Positions 27,615 to 38,109 are shown, numbered from the stretch's first letter. The stretch: DNA of 64,000 bases from Candidatus Latescibacterota bacterium (GCA_965197905.1 CBDAOB010000003.1:832001-896000), one strand, 5' to 3'. The notes: a model not told the origin generated them from the letters alone. Made by a program: numbers and translations.

Positions 27615-29765
27615 TCAAGCCACGCTGATCGGAAATTCCTGTTCCAGCCAGCCTTCGCCATCTCTTGCCCGCACTTTCAACGAATGTGCACCCGCCGGTA
27701 TCAAGTGGTCATCCTCGAGCGCTTCCGACCCCAGGATGTAGGGAGGTTTCTCGTAGCTATTGATGCGACTGCCGTCCACCCAAAGCTCGACCGCCTTCCC
27801 GTCAACACCCTCCACCCAGACGCGAAGTCGTTCATACGGCTGGTAGGTTCCTTTCCTGTGGGGCGCCGACAAGTAGATCCCTTTGCTGTAGCGGCTTTGC
27901 TCTTGCAATTCGCGTTCTTGCCATCTTTTCAAGGATTCCGAGGAGCCGGCCAGCGAGATATATCGCCGCGTGTGCGAACGACTCACAGGTGCATCACACT
28001 GGTAGATGAATACTCCTTCCGCGCCCGCTTCGTAACAGTTGAGCAGCCGCTGAAACCAGAGCCCCGGTAAGGGCACGCAGGGCTCAACGTTGGGCAGGAT
28101 CTTGGTCTTTGTTCCTTTAGCGGCCTCCAGGTATTCGTCGATCTCGAAGCAGAGCGGGTTGTTGAAGATGTTGCTGGGAACCAGAAAGTCCGCTAACTCT
28201 TCCTCGATCCATGTCTCGTAGTCCATACATTCGCTCATGGGCGCGCCGCGAGCCGGAAAACGCACTAACACCGCGACCGGCCCTTCTTCCGCTGTAGAAA
28301 ATCGGTCGGCCAGCTGGCGCAGCTGCCGCAGAAAAATGGTGACCGTCTGGTTGTTTTTCAGAGCATGGGGATAGCGGCACCAATCGGTAGAAATGTGCCG
28401 CGCTCCCATTTCCAGCATTTCCTCGAACAAAGACAGGATATATACGCGCACCTCGGGTATTTCGTAGAGCAGTGCCGATTGCTCGTTCCAATCGGGATGC
28501 TCTCGGGAAAACTCCGATTCAAAGTTTGTGCCCGCATAGCAATTGGTGGCACCCATGTTCGCACGCGGCTCGATGCCCAGCTGGCGGGCATATTTGAACT
28601 GCGATTCGAAGGTGTTGGTGTACTGCACCATGCGGCCCACGTTAGCTGTGTGTGGAACCTCGCCCCTCACCGGATCACCGTGGGTCTCGGTTACGAGCTG
28701 CGTTCCGACCCTCGTTTCGCTGACCGAAGAGGATCCACCACGCAGGAATTGAATATCCAGCATGTCCACCCTCGCTTCGGCGAAGGCCAGCAGCGGCTCC
28801 CGGTGCTGCAGATTGCTTTCGATCTTCTGGGTAAAGGACCATCCATACGGTTCCTGATAACCGATCACGAGCCGCCGTGGATCGTCCGCTCGCCATTCCT
28901 CTTCGAGGCGCCGTACATCCTCCGGTGCGAGAGGTACCAACCGAATCGTGTCGAGCGCTGCGCGAAACTCCTCTTCATATTCGTAGACGGTTCGGTACGG
29001 TTGCCTGATGATCAGGTTTTGCCAGTCCATGTCCGCCCATTTCCAGAACGCTTCCTCGCCGGGTCGAATGGCGGGGTCAGTCGGCTCCAGGTCGAGATGA
29101 GAAGCAAACCCGAAATCCTCGATGCGCTCGTCTCCGGATAGCCGCAACTCTATGCAACACAGCTTGGGAGGCAGCGAAACGAACAAGGCGTGGGGTCCAC
29201 GCAGGTCCAATGGATAGGTGAGTTGGGGCAGCTCGATGTTCTTCTCCCGAACCTCGAGCGAGCGACAACCCGCAGGGGCATCATCACCGGTCTGACCGGT
29301 ACGCCACCACCAGACCGCTTCACCCAGAGCGGGGTCGGTGGCCACGGATTGATTCTGCAGCACCTGCGACCAATCGTCCAGCAGGACCACATCGCCATTG
29401 TCCAGATCAAGCAGAACCTCGCCCGTCGCCAACTGATCCGCGTCGTCCCACAAGGTGATTCTCACCCTCGCCGAGTGTTGATTGGCGTAACGCGGGAACG
29501 GATTCCAGATCAAGGTCCGCTTCGATCCGGCGGCACGGCGCTCGATCAGGGTCCCGCTGCGTACACCTGTTTGCCAATCATCGGGTGGCGTCAGCGCACT
29601 GGCGGTAGGACTGATGTGGCCCCAGACAACGGCGGGCTCCCATTCGACGTTCGGTTCAGGCCGGACCTGGCAGGTGACCCGAACCTCCTCCGGTCCGGTG
29701 GCTGGCACCTGGTAGGAGAGATACACGTAACGCGTGACCGGATCTGTCCGACGCTGAATATCCAT
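27615..29765 (-). CDS. Multidomain hypothetical protein: beta-sandwich N-terminus, GHL10-like TIM barrel and C-terminal Ig-like domain
   Basis: Start MDIQRR with RBS GAAAGG; FSREHPDW..LYEIPEVRVYILSLFEE..ISTDWCRYP, DYETWIEEELADFL; VELWVDG..KPPY..GAHSLKVRARD. Confidence 0.6.
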   Translation of the reverse strand: MDIQRRTDPVTRYVYLSYQVPATGPEEVRVTCQVRPEPNVEWEPAVVWGHISPTASALTPPDDWQTGVRSGTLIERRAAGSKRTLIWNPFPRYANQHSARVRITLWDDADQLATGEVLLDLDNGDVVLLDDWSQVLQNQSVATDPALGEAVWWWRTGQTGDDAPAGCRSLEVREKNIELPQLTYPLDLRGPHALFVSLPPKLCCIELRLSGDERIEDFGFASHLDLEPTDPAIRPGEEAFWKWADMDWQNLIIRQPYRTVYEYEEEFRAALDTIRLVPLAPEDVRRLEEEWRADDPRRLVIGYQEPYGWSFTQKIESNLQHREPLLAFAEARVDMLDIQFLRGGSSSVSETRVGTQLVTETHGDPVRGEVPHTANVGRMVQYTNTFESQFKYARQLGIEPRANMGATNCYAGTNFESEFSREHPDWNEQSALLYEIPEVRVYILSLFEEMLEMGARHISTDWCRYPHALKNNQTVTIFLRQLRQLADRFSTAEEGPVAVLVRFPARGAPMSECMDYETWIEEELADFLVPSNIFNNPLCFEIDEYLEAAKGTKTKILPNVEPCVPLPGLWFQRLLNCYEAGAEGVFIYQCDAPVSRSHTRRYISLAGSSESLKRWQERELQEQSRYSKGIYLSAPHRKGTYQPYERLRVWVEGVDGKAVELWVDGSRINSYEKPPYILGSEALEDDHLIPAGAHSLKVRARDGEGWLEQEFPISVA

Positions 29766-29899
29766 TGGATGCCCTTTCATTGACCTCAAAGGCCGTTCGC
29801 CACATGGTTGGGGGACCGCAATTAAAACACCGATCAGGTGCTCGGGCAACTCGCAGCAGCCAGAGCGAGGCTGTCTACTTCTACTTGAATGGGGCAGAT

Positions 29900-31450
29900 A
29901 TGAACGATGATGAGCCGATTCCCTTACCCTTGCTGGATCACCGCAGCATCTGGTCATCCCACCGCAGGATCGATGATGATGGTTCCCTCTGGTCCGACGA
30001 TCCGCCTGTTGGAGTGAAGCTGCGGGTCGAGCCGGCACGGAAGTCGGATATCTTCCTGCACGCCGAGCGACCATGGGAGGACGAAGCCAGGTTGCGCGTC
30101 AACACGGTGCTATACGATGAGGGGCGCTTTCGCTTGTGGTACGGTTCCGACAAATACGACCCTGATTCGGGAAGCTATACCTGCTACGCGGAAAGTACCG
30201 ACGGATTCGCATGGGACTGCTACGCGGAAAGTACCGACGGATTCGCATGGGAGAGGCCCGAGCTCAACTTGATCGACTACGATGGCTCCAAAAAGAACAA
30301 CATCATCAGCTGCAATGGGGAACACTTCCTGCAATGCATTCTGAAGGATCCCGCTGCGCCCCCGGAAACGAGGTACAAATCGATCGGCCCGAAGGGCCGC
30401 TATTTCCGCGACGGCAAATACGATCCCAACATGACGCAAAAGGAGGTCAAGAAGCTGCTGGTGGATATGGAACTGGGAGGTGTCGCCCCCGAGGATCGTC
30501 GCAAGAAGATCCAGATCCACTCGGCAGTGCGCGCATCTGTGTCGCCGGATGGGTTGCGCTGGACCAATCTCGAGGAACCGCTCATCGATGTCGGACCGAC
30601 GGCGCTGGATACTCACAATCTAGTTACCTTCGATCCGTTCGAGGGTAGATACGTGCTCTACTTGCGCGGGGGCAGCGACGAGCGCCGGCGGCACGTGCGC
30701 CGGGCAGACAGCGCGGAGTTCGCCCAGTTCGACAACCTGCGCCCCTGTCTGGTGGCAGATCCTCAGGACGATATCAGTGATGATATCTACAATCCATGTT
30801 ATACGGTGTATCCGAATGGCCTCCGCTTCTACCTCATGTTTCCCTCTCTCTACCACCGCGTCGAATCCCATGTGGACGCTCAGCTGGCTGTTAGCCGCGA
30901 CAGCTATCTGTGGCAGCGGCCGGAGCGCGTGCCGATCATCGATCTCGCGCACGAAGGTGGTGAATACGGCTCCCTCTACGCCGCGCCCAACCTGGCGGCT
31001 CCCGAAGAGGGAGATTGGCGCCTTGCGTTTTCTGGGTCTGAACGCAAACACGACTTTCGTGCCCGCGGCTCCGCCCCGCGCGCGCCCGACAGGAGCGAAC
31101 TCCGCTGGGCATTGTGGAAGCCGAACCGATTGGCCGGATTAGATGCAGAGGGGGAGGGACGCGTCGTGCTGAATATGCGGATCTGCGCCGGTGCTGAGAT
31201 GCGATTGAACTACCGGACCGAAGCCGACGGATGGGTAAAGGCGGAACTGGTGCATCCTCCGTCGACACCACCCCGTGAGGTCGAGGCGTTCGAAGGATTT
31301 TCCCTCGCCGAGGCTGAGAAGCTGACGGGAGACGAGGTTTCACGGGTGGTGCGCTGGAACGGCAACAGCGATCTGTCGAGCCTTAAAGGGAGGGAAGTAG
31401 CGGTTCGGCTGCGCATGAATAAAGCAAAGGTCTTTTCCACCGCCTTATAG
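29900..31450 (+). CDS. Five-bladed beta-propeller glycoside-hydrolase-like protein (subfamily A) with a 12-aa internal duplication
   Basis: YAESTDGFAW (twice), SPDGLRW, VSRDSYLW and DLSSLKGREVAVRL; clear paralogue of 5292-6782. Confidence 0.7.
   Translation: MNDDEPIPLPLLDHRSIWSSHRRIDDDGSLWSDDPPVGVKLRVEPARKSDIFLHAERPWEDEARLRVNTVLYDEGRFRLWYGSDKYDPDSGSYTCYAESTDGFAWDCYAESTDGFAWERPELNLIDYDGSKKNNIISCNGEHFLQCILKDPAAPPETRYKSIGPKGRYFRDGKYDPNMTQKEVKKLLVDMELGGVAPEDRRKKIQIHSAVRASVSPDGLRWTNLEEPLIDVGPTALDTHNLVTFDPFEGRYVLYLRGGSDERRRHVRRADSAEFAQFDNLRPCLVADPQDDISDDIYNPCYTVYPNGLRFYLMFPSLYHRVESHVDAQLAVSRDSYLWQRPERVPIIDLAHEGGEYGSLYAAPNLAAPEEGDWRLAFSGSERKHDFRARGSAPRAPDRSELRWALWKPNRLAGLDAEGEGRVVLNMRICAGAEMRLNYRTEADGWVKAELVHPPSTPPREVEAFEGFSLAEAEKLTGDEVSRVVRWNGNSDLSSLKGREVAVRLRMNKAKVFSTAL
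30181..30252 (+). repeat. Perfect 36-bp tandem duplication
   Basis: CTGCTACGCGGAAAGTACCGACGGATTCGCATGGGA at 30181-30216 and at 30217-30252. Confidence 0.97.
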
Positions 31451-31477
31451 CCCGAGGCGCGACGCCGCCGGAGCAGG

Positions 31478-33175
31478 TCACACATCGTGACACAATACCA
31501 GCAGCTCGCACTGCTCCAGCGAGGGCCAGTTGGGACCGACTCCGGGGCCGGAGCGGTACCAGCCAGCGGGCGAGTGGCTACCCTCCAGAAGAACCAGCAC
31601 GGCGTTCTCACCCTTGATCAGCGGCGGATCATCCACCACAAGCCACGAATCGCCGGCTGAATTTTCGATGGTTCGCGCTGCGCTCAGCCCGAACTTCGTT
31701 CCGTTCACCTCGCAGGTGAGGCGATCAAGGGAGAGCTCGTGTTCGCTGAGTTTGAGCCGCAGCTCCGTCTTCCGGATGCGACCGCTCGCCCGTCCCTCCT
31801 CCACATCGTCTTCCACGCACAATCTCAAAGCGTGAAGAGGGCCGGCCCCGCGCCCGCGGATGGAGATCTTGAACGGAATCTGCGCTGCGAAATCGCCGGG
31901 ATACTTGTGGGCGTTCAGGTTGTAACAACGATTCAACTCAACCAGACGGTCGGGATCGGCGAGATCTTGCAATAGCTGCAGGTCCCCGCGGGTGAAGCGA
32001 TCGCTGGCATACAGCCCCATGCGCCCGCTGAACAGGGGCGGGTACTCAATGGGAGGCAGGTCACACGGATCGTCAGCGGCTACCGGCAACGCCCGCTCGT
32101 GGCCGTAGTCGTAGTTGAACAGGTGCACGCCGGCTGCCCCCTGGCGGTAGGCGTTCAGCGCAATTCCCCTCCTGACCGTCGGTTGTCCCGACTCGTATCC
32201 TTCCTGCGGTGAAGCGCGCGGAACCACTGAGGATCCGACGTAAATGAGGGTTCCGCTCTTTTCGGCGGCGGCCACCGCTCTGGCAACGTCATTTTCCAGC
32301 TGCCAGTGACCCATGGAAGAGATTGCGACGATGTCGGCAAACCCTTCGCGAATCCAGTGTTCAGCATCCAGACCTTGTTCGGCGCACGCATCCAGGCTGG
32401 ATGCTACCCTACACATCAGCTTGATTTCTTTCCCTTTGCGCTCGGCATGGCGCCGAACGATGTCAGATGCTTCCTCCATGAACCGGTTCATGGTGTCGAC
32501 ATGTTTGAATCCCTGGAAACGTCTGAAGAAGGGAAAGTTGCGACAGAAATCCAGCTCCAGCCCATCGACGTCGTACCGGGTCAGAACCTCGTTGAAACGA
32601 CCGAGGAAGCGATCCCGGATTTCGGCCTCAGCCCAGTTCCATTGCCAGCAGAAATTGAATCCTCGGCCATTGCCATCCAGCTCCCCGGCCCCGATCAACA
32701 GGTCCTGGCGCTCCAATGTCATGGCGGAGCGGCGGCCGTCGGCCATTCTATGTTCGACGTTGGCGTTGGCGGCGTTCATGCGAAAGGAGGCGAAGATCCC
32801 CATGCCAAGCTTGCGGGCCCGGTCGACGTATGATTGATATACGTCGTGGCCGTCGTCGATCATCGCCCGCATACCCATCTGCAGCAGATCGCTGGGTTCG
32901 ATGTGAACAGCAAGCGACGATCGGAGGTTGCCGCCTTCGTCGAGCAGATCGTCTAAGCGGTCCCCGACGGTGTCACCCCACACCTCGCCGTAGTCGCTGC
33001 CTGGCCAGCTGAGGTCGTCGTTGACCCCTACTAGAGCGCAAACCACGTCGACGCCGGTGCCTGCCAGTGGAGCCATGAATTCAGTTACGTCCTCCGGATT
33101 GCGGCGGCGCAGGTATTTGAAGGCATGGCACCCGTCCGTATTGAAAAGGATGCGCGGAGGCCAGTGATAGGACAT
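31478..33175 (-). CDS. GHL10-like TIM-barrel hypothetical protein with C-terminal beta-sandwich
   Basis: RILFNTDG, IFASFRMN, YDVDGLELDFCR and GVHLFNY. Confidence 0.65.
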   Translation of the reverse strand: MSYHWPPRILFNTDGCHAFKYLRRRNPEDVTEFMAPLAGTGVDVVCALVGVNDDLSWPGSDYGEVWGDTVGDRLDDLLDEGGNLRSSLAVHIEPSDLLQMGMRAMIDDGHDVYQSYVDRARKLGMGIFASFRMNAANANVEHRMADGRRSAMTLERQDLLIGAGELDGNGRGFNFCWQWNWAEAEIRDRFLGRFNEVLTRYDVDGLELDFCRNFPFFRRFQGFKHVDTMNRFMEEASDIVRRHAERKGKEIKLMCRVASSLDACAEQGLDAEHWIREGFADIVAISSMGHWQLENDVARAVAAAEKSGTLIYVGSSVVPRASPQEGYESGQPTVRRGIALNAYRQGAAGVHLFNYDYGHERALPVAADDPCDLPPIEYPPLFSGRMGLYASDRFTRGDLQLLQDLADPDRLVELNRCYNLNAHKYPGDFAAQIPFKISIRGRGAGPLHALRLCVEDDVEEGRASGRIRKTELRLKLSEHELSLDRLTCEVNGTKFGLSAARTIENSAGDSWLVVDDPPLIKGENAVLVLLEGSHSPAGWYRSGPGVGPNWPSLEQCELLVLCHDV

Positions 33176-33341
33176 GCGGTTCCCCCCTTTTTTGGTTCTC
33201 GGCTGCGATGATAAAGAGGGATTATCGGTGTGGGGTCAAGCGAAACAAAATTTGGAACCAGTTTAAACGATCACCTGCCAGGTAAGGTCTAACCCGGTGC
33301 ACGTCGGTCGGTTTCGCAGGCATCAACGGTAGGAGATTCGA

Positions 33342-34127
33342 ATGATCAGAAATGCGCTCACGATTTCGCAGCTGTCTCTGGGTGTGGTGATCGTCTTCGC
33401 TGGCGCAATCTTCGCGGGGGAAAACGCCGGGGCGACGTTCAGCCTGACAAGTGAGGATCAGCTGGAAGTTGTGCCCGGCGAAACGGCAAAGGCTCAGATC
33501 GCCGCCGCCGGCCTGATCGATGTGCGACAGATCGAGATCTACCTGGACGTTTCACCAGCCAGTGCATTCGATCTCGAGGCAACGGCGTACGAAGTGCCGA
33601 CCGTGTGGATCAGTCCCGGTAGTATCGACTCCGACTTCGACCCGACTAAGATCGACCGCTTCTTCAGCGCCGAGCTGAAAACCTCGCCCGAATTCGGCAG
33701 GGCATCCGAGACCATGATCACGGTCGAGAGGATTACAGTCAGCACGTCGGGTGGTGAGAGTGACGAGTTCGATGGCGATGACTTGAGGATGAGTATTGGA
33801 GTGCGTCCCATCCCGACCGCGGTGAGCGAGGGTGTATTGCCGGCACCGATGACCTCCCTGGATCAGAACTTCCCCAATCCGTTCAACGCCGAGACATATA
33901 TTCGCATCGATCTGAACCGCGCCGCGAGTGTCACATTGACGGTGTACGACGTAACCGGTCAAGCCGTTCGGACCCTATTGTCCGGAGGACTGATGGAGGC
34001 GGGCACCCACGGAGTAGTTTGGGACGGCTGCAATACAAGAGGGGACATCGTCGGAAGCGGGGTCTACTTCTACGAGTTGCGAGCCGGCTCGCGCACTCTC
34101 GTGAAGAAGATGCTGCTGCTGCAATAA
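33342..34127 (+). CDS. Secreted protein with C-terminal FlgD-Ig / T9SS type A sorting-like domain
   Basis: Signal peptide; LDQNFPNPFNAET...VYDVTGQAVRTL...WDG..SGVYFYELRAG..KKMLLLQ; RBS AGGAG. Confidence 0.85.
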   Translation: MIRNALTISQLSLGVVIVFAGAIFAGENAGATFSLTSEDQLEVVPGETAKAQIAAAGLIDVRQIEIYLDVSPASAFDLEATAYEVPTVWISPGSIDSDFDPTKIDRFFSAELKTSPEFGRASETMITVERITVSTSGGESDEFDGDDLRMSIGVRPIPTAVSEGVLPAPMTSLDQNFPNPFNAETYIRIDLNRAASVTLTVYDVTGQAVRTLLSGGLMEAGTHGVVWDGCNTRGDIVGSGVYFYELRAGSRTLVKKMLLLQ

Positions 34128-34141
34128 CGCTGTGGTGCCTG

Positions 34142-35434
34142 ATGAATACCTTAGCTTCCAAGACTTTTTCTGACATCTGTTTCTGTTGCTTCGCGATCTC
34201 TCTCTGTCTGTCGGCGACGGTGTCGGCTCAGGAAGGCGCAACCCTCTTCTTGAGGGTCTCTCTTGGCGATGACAACCGTATACGATTCGAGGTGCCGTCA
34301 ACAGAGGACCAGTACCACATCCTTTACTACCGCCGGGAGATCGGTGACCCAGATTCCGAGAGCCCCGTCGCCATGCACTTCGGTCGCGCGGGAAGCGCAA
34401 TGTTGACCGAGCCGCTGGGAATTGGTCCACCCACGGGGCTGTATCGCATGGAGTCGTACCGGCGCGCCCAGCCCGGAGACATCGATGGTGACGGTCGCAG
34501 TGATGTGGAGGAACTCGCCGACCTGACGGGGGCGTTGTCACCGCTCAATCCGGCTAACCCTATCGACTTCGTCAACGGCGTCGTCGCGATCGTGGATCGC
34601 CAGATGTTTCGAGACCTGTCTTACCAGGGGGGGGACGTCCTCATCGACACGCACCTGGAAGATCTCGAGTACGTGAAGTTCTATCTGCTGGAGACGGACG
34701 GCGATAATCCCCAAGTCTACTTCATGAATACGGATACCCACCGGGCACACAGAAGTTTCGCTACAGCTATCGGAATTCCCGGTGGGGGTGGCCGCGGTGG
34801 TCGTGGCCGAGGAGGTGGTCAACAAGGGGGTGGTGGGCAGCCTGGTGGTCAACAAGGTGGGAATGCCGGGGCGGGTGCTCCTGCTGAGGGTGCTCGAGGC
34901 GCCGGCGCTGGCGGAGGTGGCAGCGAAAACGGAGGAGGTGCGATACCCGGCCAAATGCGCGGCGAGATTATCTACCATCCGTTTCTCACCGCTCCGAGTG
35001 GGGGCGCGGGCGTCTATCGGTTCGAGTTCGAACCGAACGATGCTTACTCTTTCGAGACCGTAGAGATGGCCTACGAGCTGCTGGCGGCCAACATGCTGGT
35101 ACTGGAAAACAACCTCATGTACTACCCGATGCCGAATGCGGCGTTGCCGCGCTACCTGGATGAGAAGGCGCTCTACGATGCGTCGAGGGTGCCGATTCTG
35201 CTCGAGGAGCAGATCTACGCTGATATCAGCTTCTTGCCGCTGAATATCGCCGAAGGCTACGGCCTGTTGCGGGTGATGGAACTGGACGAGCGCCCCAACT
35301 CGCGGGATATCGTCATCTACGAAGCCCTGCCCAACCGTTCTGGAAATAATCGAGCACCAATGACGAGGCCGGGTGTCGCTATCACGTCCCCATTAAGGCA
35401 CCTGCAGCATCGATTTGAGCCCTCAGGTCTATGA
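34142..35434 (+). pseudogene. Apparently truncated secreted protein of the PEP/pyruvate-binding (PPDK_N-like) domain family, N-terminal part only
   Basis: Signal peptide, DIDGDG Ca-type motif, Gly/Gln-rich insert; family-like sequence AEGYGLLRVM..RDIVIYEALPN stops at 35335 and is followed by 32 unrelated-looking codons; family assignment from memory of homologues. Confidence 0.55.
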
Positions 35435-35656
35435 ATGCTCTGTTAGTGAGGAACTTCCGCTGTTCCTTTTCCGGTTTCTTCAGGAAGTCTTGCAACACGA
35501 TCCGCATCCACCTGCGACCGATTTTATTGCCCGACAGTTAGCTGGTCGAGTGCGCCGCTCCAACTTCCTCTCGGTTCAACCGCATGGTACCCACAGCTCC
35601 CGGCCGGGGCGCCAATAGGTCGCGTCGGCCGCCGGCGTTCGCCGCGGGTTACAAAA

Positions 35657-37051
35657 CTACTCGAGCCAGAAAGAGTACAGCCTCGCTTGATTCAAATAGA
35701 AGCGGACCTTCACCGGCTTCTCGAACACCAGGTCGTGGTCTGGTTTCCATTCCATCTTGTGACGCCAGTGGTCGCCCTTGAGCGGCGTCGGTAACTCCGC
35801 CGGCACCCAGAAGCCGGGAAATACCTTGTTGGTTTCCGCGTCCATGATATCAGCGTAGACCTCACCCCACTTGGCGTCGACGTTTATGTAGAGATCCTCC
35901 CCTTTCCATTCGAAGGGTTTAGTTACGATCGTGCCGGCGTCGTCGGCGTCGAGGGATACGAAGCCGTCCGGCCGCAGCTTTGCGAGACAGATGGTGGTAC
36001 TGTCTTTGAACACTTCCGGATCGACGTTGAGGCGGAACAGCTCGCGGCAGCCGCCGTATTGCTGGTATTGCCCCAAATTTGAAGGCATGCGGCTGGCGAT
36101 GTGGTAGATCCAGATCTCTCCGTTCTCCTTGACGATCGGTTGGCCCGACATGCCCACCTGGCTCGTGTCCCAGCGCTTCCCGTCCCAGGGCTCGATGCCG
36201 ATAAAGAGCTCACGGTTGGCCACCCGGTCCCAATGATAGAGGTCGCGCGAGACCGCTAGCTCGATCTGGTTGATGCGGGAGAAGTTCATGGCCGGCGGCG
36301 GCACGGCGCCGATCGGATTGAGAATCAGCGGAAATCCGACGTAGAGACCGTGGTACGGCATCACCGCCATATGGTAGGCCTCGGCGATGTAGTCCTCGTT
36401 ATCGATAAACGCGGGCTTGATATACGCCGGATTATCCAACACCTCGCGCACCCGTTTGCGGCAGTTCTCCCAGTCCTGCTCGTCGGTATTAAAAATGAGC
36501 TCGAGCTCAGAGTAGCGCTCGCCATCTTTGCTGGTGGAAAGGAATACTGACCGGCCCCATTCGGTACTCTGCTTCACCATGGCAATGAACTGTTCGTTGT
36601 AGGGGTCGTAGGTGAACTGGGACTCGTCCTGACTGGGAATCTCGGCGACGTCCGGGCGGGTCCAATGGATTCCGTCGGCCGAGAGTCCAGGACATTGATT
36701 GTTGTTGATGCCGTTACTCAACATGCCTTTGTAGCGTCGATTCGGATCGGGGTCGCGCTCGTCTCTCACCAGGTGCCGGGGAGATTCCTCGATGGGAGTG
36801 CGATTCCAATGCTCTGCATCCTCGGAGGTGGCGTAGTCGGAGCCGAGCCACCATTCCCACAGCTTCTTCTCCGAGTTCCATTGGGGCGCGACTCGGCTCT
36901 GGAGGCCGGATTCGCCTCTGGCGAGGTCAGGCATGACGACGGGGCCGCACTTTTCAGGCTGATGCAGCTGCTGACGCACGCCGATCTTGCTGTCCACGGC
37001 GCCGTCGTCCAGAAACAGTTGATGATACTTCTTGGGATCTATGAGCTCCAT
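35657..37051 (-). CDS. Five-bladed beta-propeller glycoside-hydrolase-like protein (subfamily B)
   Basis: Close paralogue of 9499-10920, sharing PQWNSEKKLWEWW, DESQFT, TEWGRSVFLS, RINQIELA, LRPDGFVS and ARLYSFW. Confidence 0.72.
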   Translation of the reverse strand: MELIDPKKYHQLFLDDGAVDSKIGVRQQLHQPEKCGPVVMPDLARGESGLQSRVAPQWNSEKKLWEWWLGSDYATSEDAEHWNRTPIEESPRHLVRDERDPDPNRRYKGMLSNGINNNQCPGLSADGIHWTRPDVAEIPSQDESQFTYDPYNEQFIAMVKQSTEWGRSVFLSTSKDGERYSELELIFNTDEQDWENCRKRVREVLDNPAYIKPAFIDNEDYIAEAYHMAVMPYHGLYVGFPLILNPIGAVPPPAMNFSRINQIELAVSRDLYHWDRVANRELFIGIEPWDGKRWDTSQVGMSGQPIVKENGEIWIYHIASRMPSNLGQYQQYGGCRELFRLNVDPEVFKDSTTICLAKLRPDGFVSLDADDAGTIVTKPFEWKGEDLYINVDAKWGEVYADIMDAETNKVFPGFWVPAELPTPLKGDHWRHKMEWKPDHDLVFEKPVKVRFYLNQARLYSFWLE

Positions 37052-37251
37052 AGCCAGCAGTTCTCCTTCCGCAAAGTTCGTTCATTCAACCCGCGAAATG
37101 TCCGGCTGCAAAGGATATTCTATATTGTTCCAGCGGACAATCGAAAAATTCCGCGGCCATCGCACTGTTCGCCACGGCGCATGGAAGGAGATGCGCCCGA
37201 CATTCGTGATCTTCGCCCAACAGCCGCGACAACCACAGCCCAAGAGGAACC

Positions 37252-38109
37252 ATGACTGATCGCAAGTTGCGCATACTGACGGTTTCCGCCCACCCCCACG
37301 ATTTCACCTGGTACTCCGCGACGCTCGGGATCAATATCGAGCGCGGCGGTCAGGCCACCGTCTGCGTGGTCACCCATGGCGGCAGCACTCATCGGGAAGA
37401 TTGGATGGAAGAGCTGCGGAAACCGGAGGAGGAGCGCGATCTCTCCATCGTCAACGCGCCAGCCGAGAAATACATCGAACAGAAGGAGCAAGAGCTGCGC
37501 AACGCGGCGGCGATCTTCGGCATCACCGACATACGGATGCTCAACTACCCCGACAAGCCGTTCCTCCTTTCCGAACAACCCGACGTGATCGATCGCATCG
37601 CCGAGCTGATCGTCGAGGTCAGACCGCACGTCATGATCACCGAGAGCCCCTTTACCGACAACGGACGGCCGGCGCGCCATCGCTCCGATCACACCGAGGT
37701 CGGTATCGCCGCAGCCGAGGCAAAACTGCGCGCCGAGTTGCCGCGCCCCGGCTCCACGTGGCGGTCCCATCAGGTCGCCATGACCTTCTGGCCCGGGGAC
37801 GCCTTCGATCGGAGCCGGCTCGACCTGGTGGTGGACCTGTCGGATGAGTGGTTCGAAAAACGGATCCAGGCGGAAGCCTGCTTCTCGACCCAGGGACATG
37901 ACGAAGAGTGGGCTCGCCGCCGGATGCTCCTGGACCTGGGGCCCATGGGCAACCATGCGCGGACGGCGTACGGCGAGGGGTTCGTGCGGGATAAAGTGGA
38001 GCTCTACGATCATCTTCCGGTATCCGAGGCAATGATCCGTCAGACCGAGACGGGCGACACTCAGAACGTGCGCAGGATGTTCCGGCTCGATGACGCGGCA
38101 AAGAGTTGA
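37252..38109 (+). CDS. PIG-L/LmbE family deacetylase (variant HPHD motif)
   Basis: ILTVSAHPHD, VTHG, ELRNAAAIFG, VRPHVMIT, DH, STQ and YGEGF. Confidence 0.8.
   Translation: MTDRKLRILTVSAHPHDFTWYSATLGINIERGGQATVCVVTHGGSTHREDWMEELRKPEEERDLSIVNAPAEKYIEQKEQELRNAAAIFGITDIRMLNYPDKPFLLSEQPDVIDRIAELIVEVRPHVMITESPFTDNGRPARHRSDHTEVGIAAAEAKLRAELPRPGSTWRSHQVAMTFWPGDAFDRSRLDLVVDLSDEWFEKRIQAEACFSTQGHDEEWARRRMLLDLGPMGNHARTAYGEGFVRDKVELYDHLPVSEAMIRQTETGDTQNVRRMFRLDDAAKS

Noticed and set aside
29766..30074. Long N-terminal extensions in the ORF track making divergent genes overlap (also 12-167, 18849-19052, 23717-23869, 59573-59833, 61346-61510)
   Set aside because: Downstream starts with RBS-like sequences or family-typical N-termini remove the overlaps.
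30181..30252. 36-bp direct repeat as a CRISPR array
   Set aside because: Only two adjacent copies with no spacer, in frame inside a CDS, and no cas genes.
35336..35656. Mobile element or small gene at the truncation junction
   Set aside because: No terminal inverted repeats, target duplication or transposase fragment seen; only short ORFs without convincing support.
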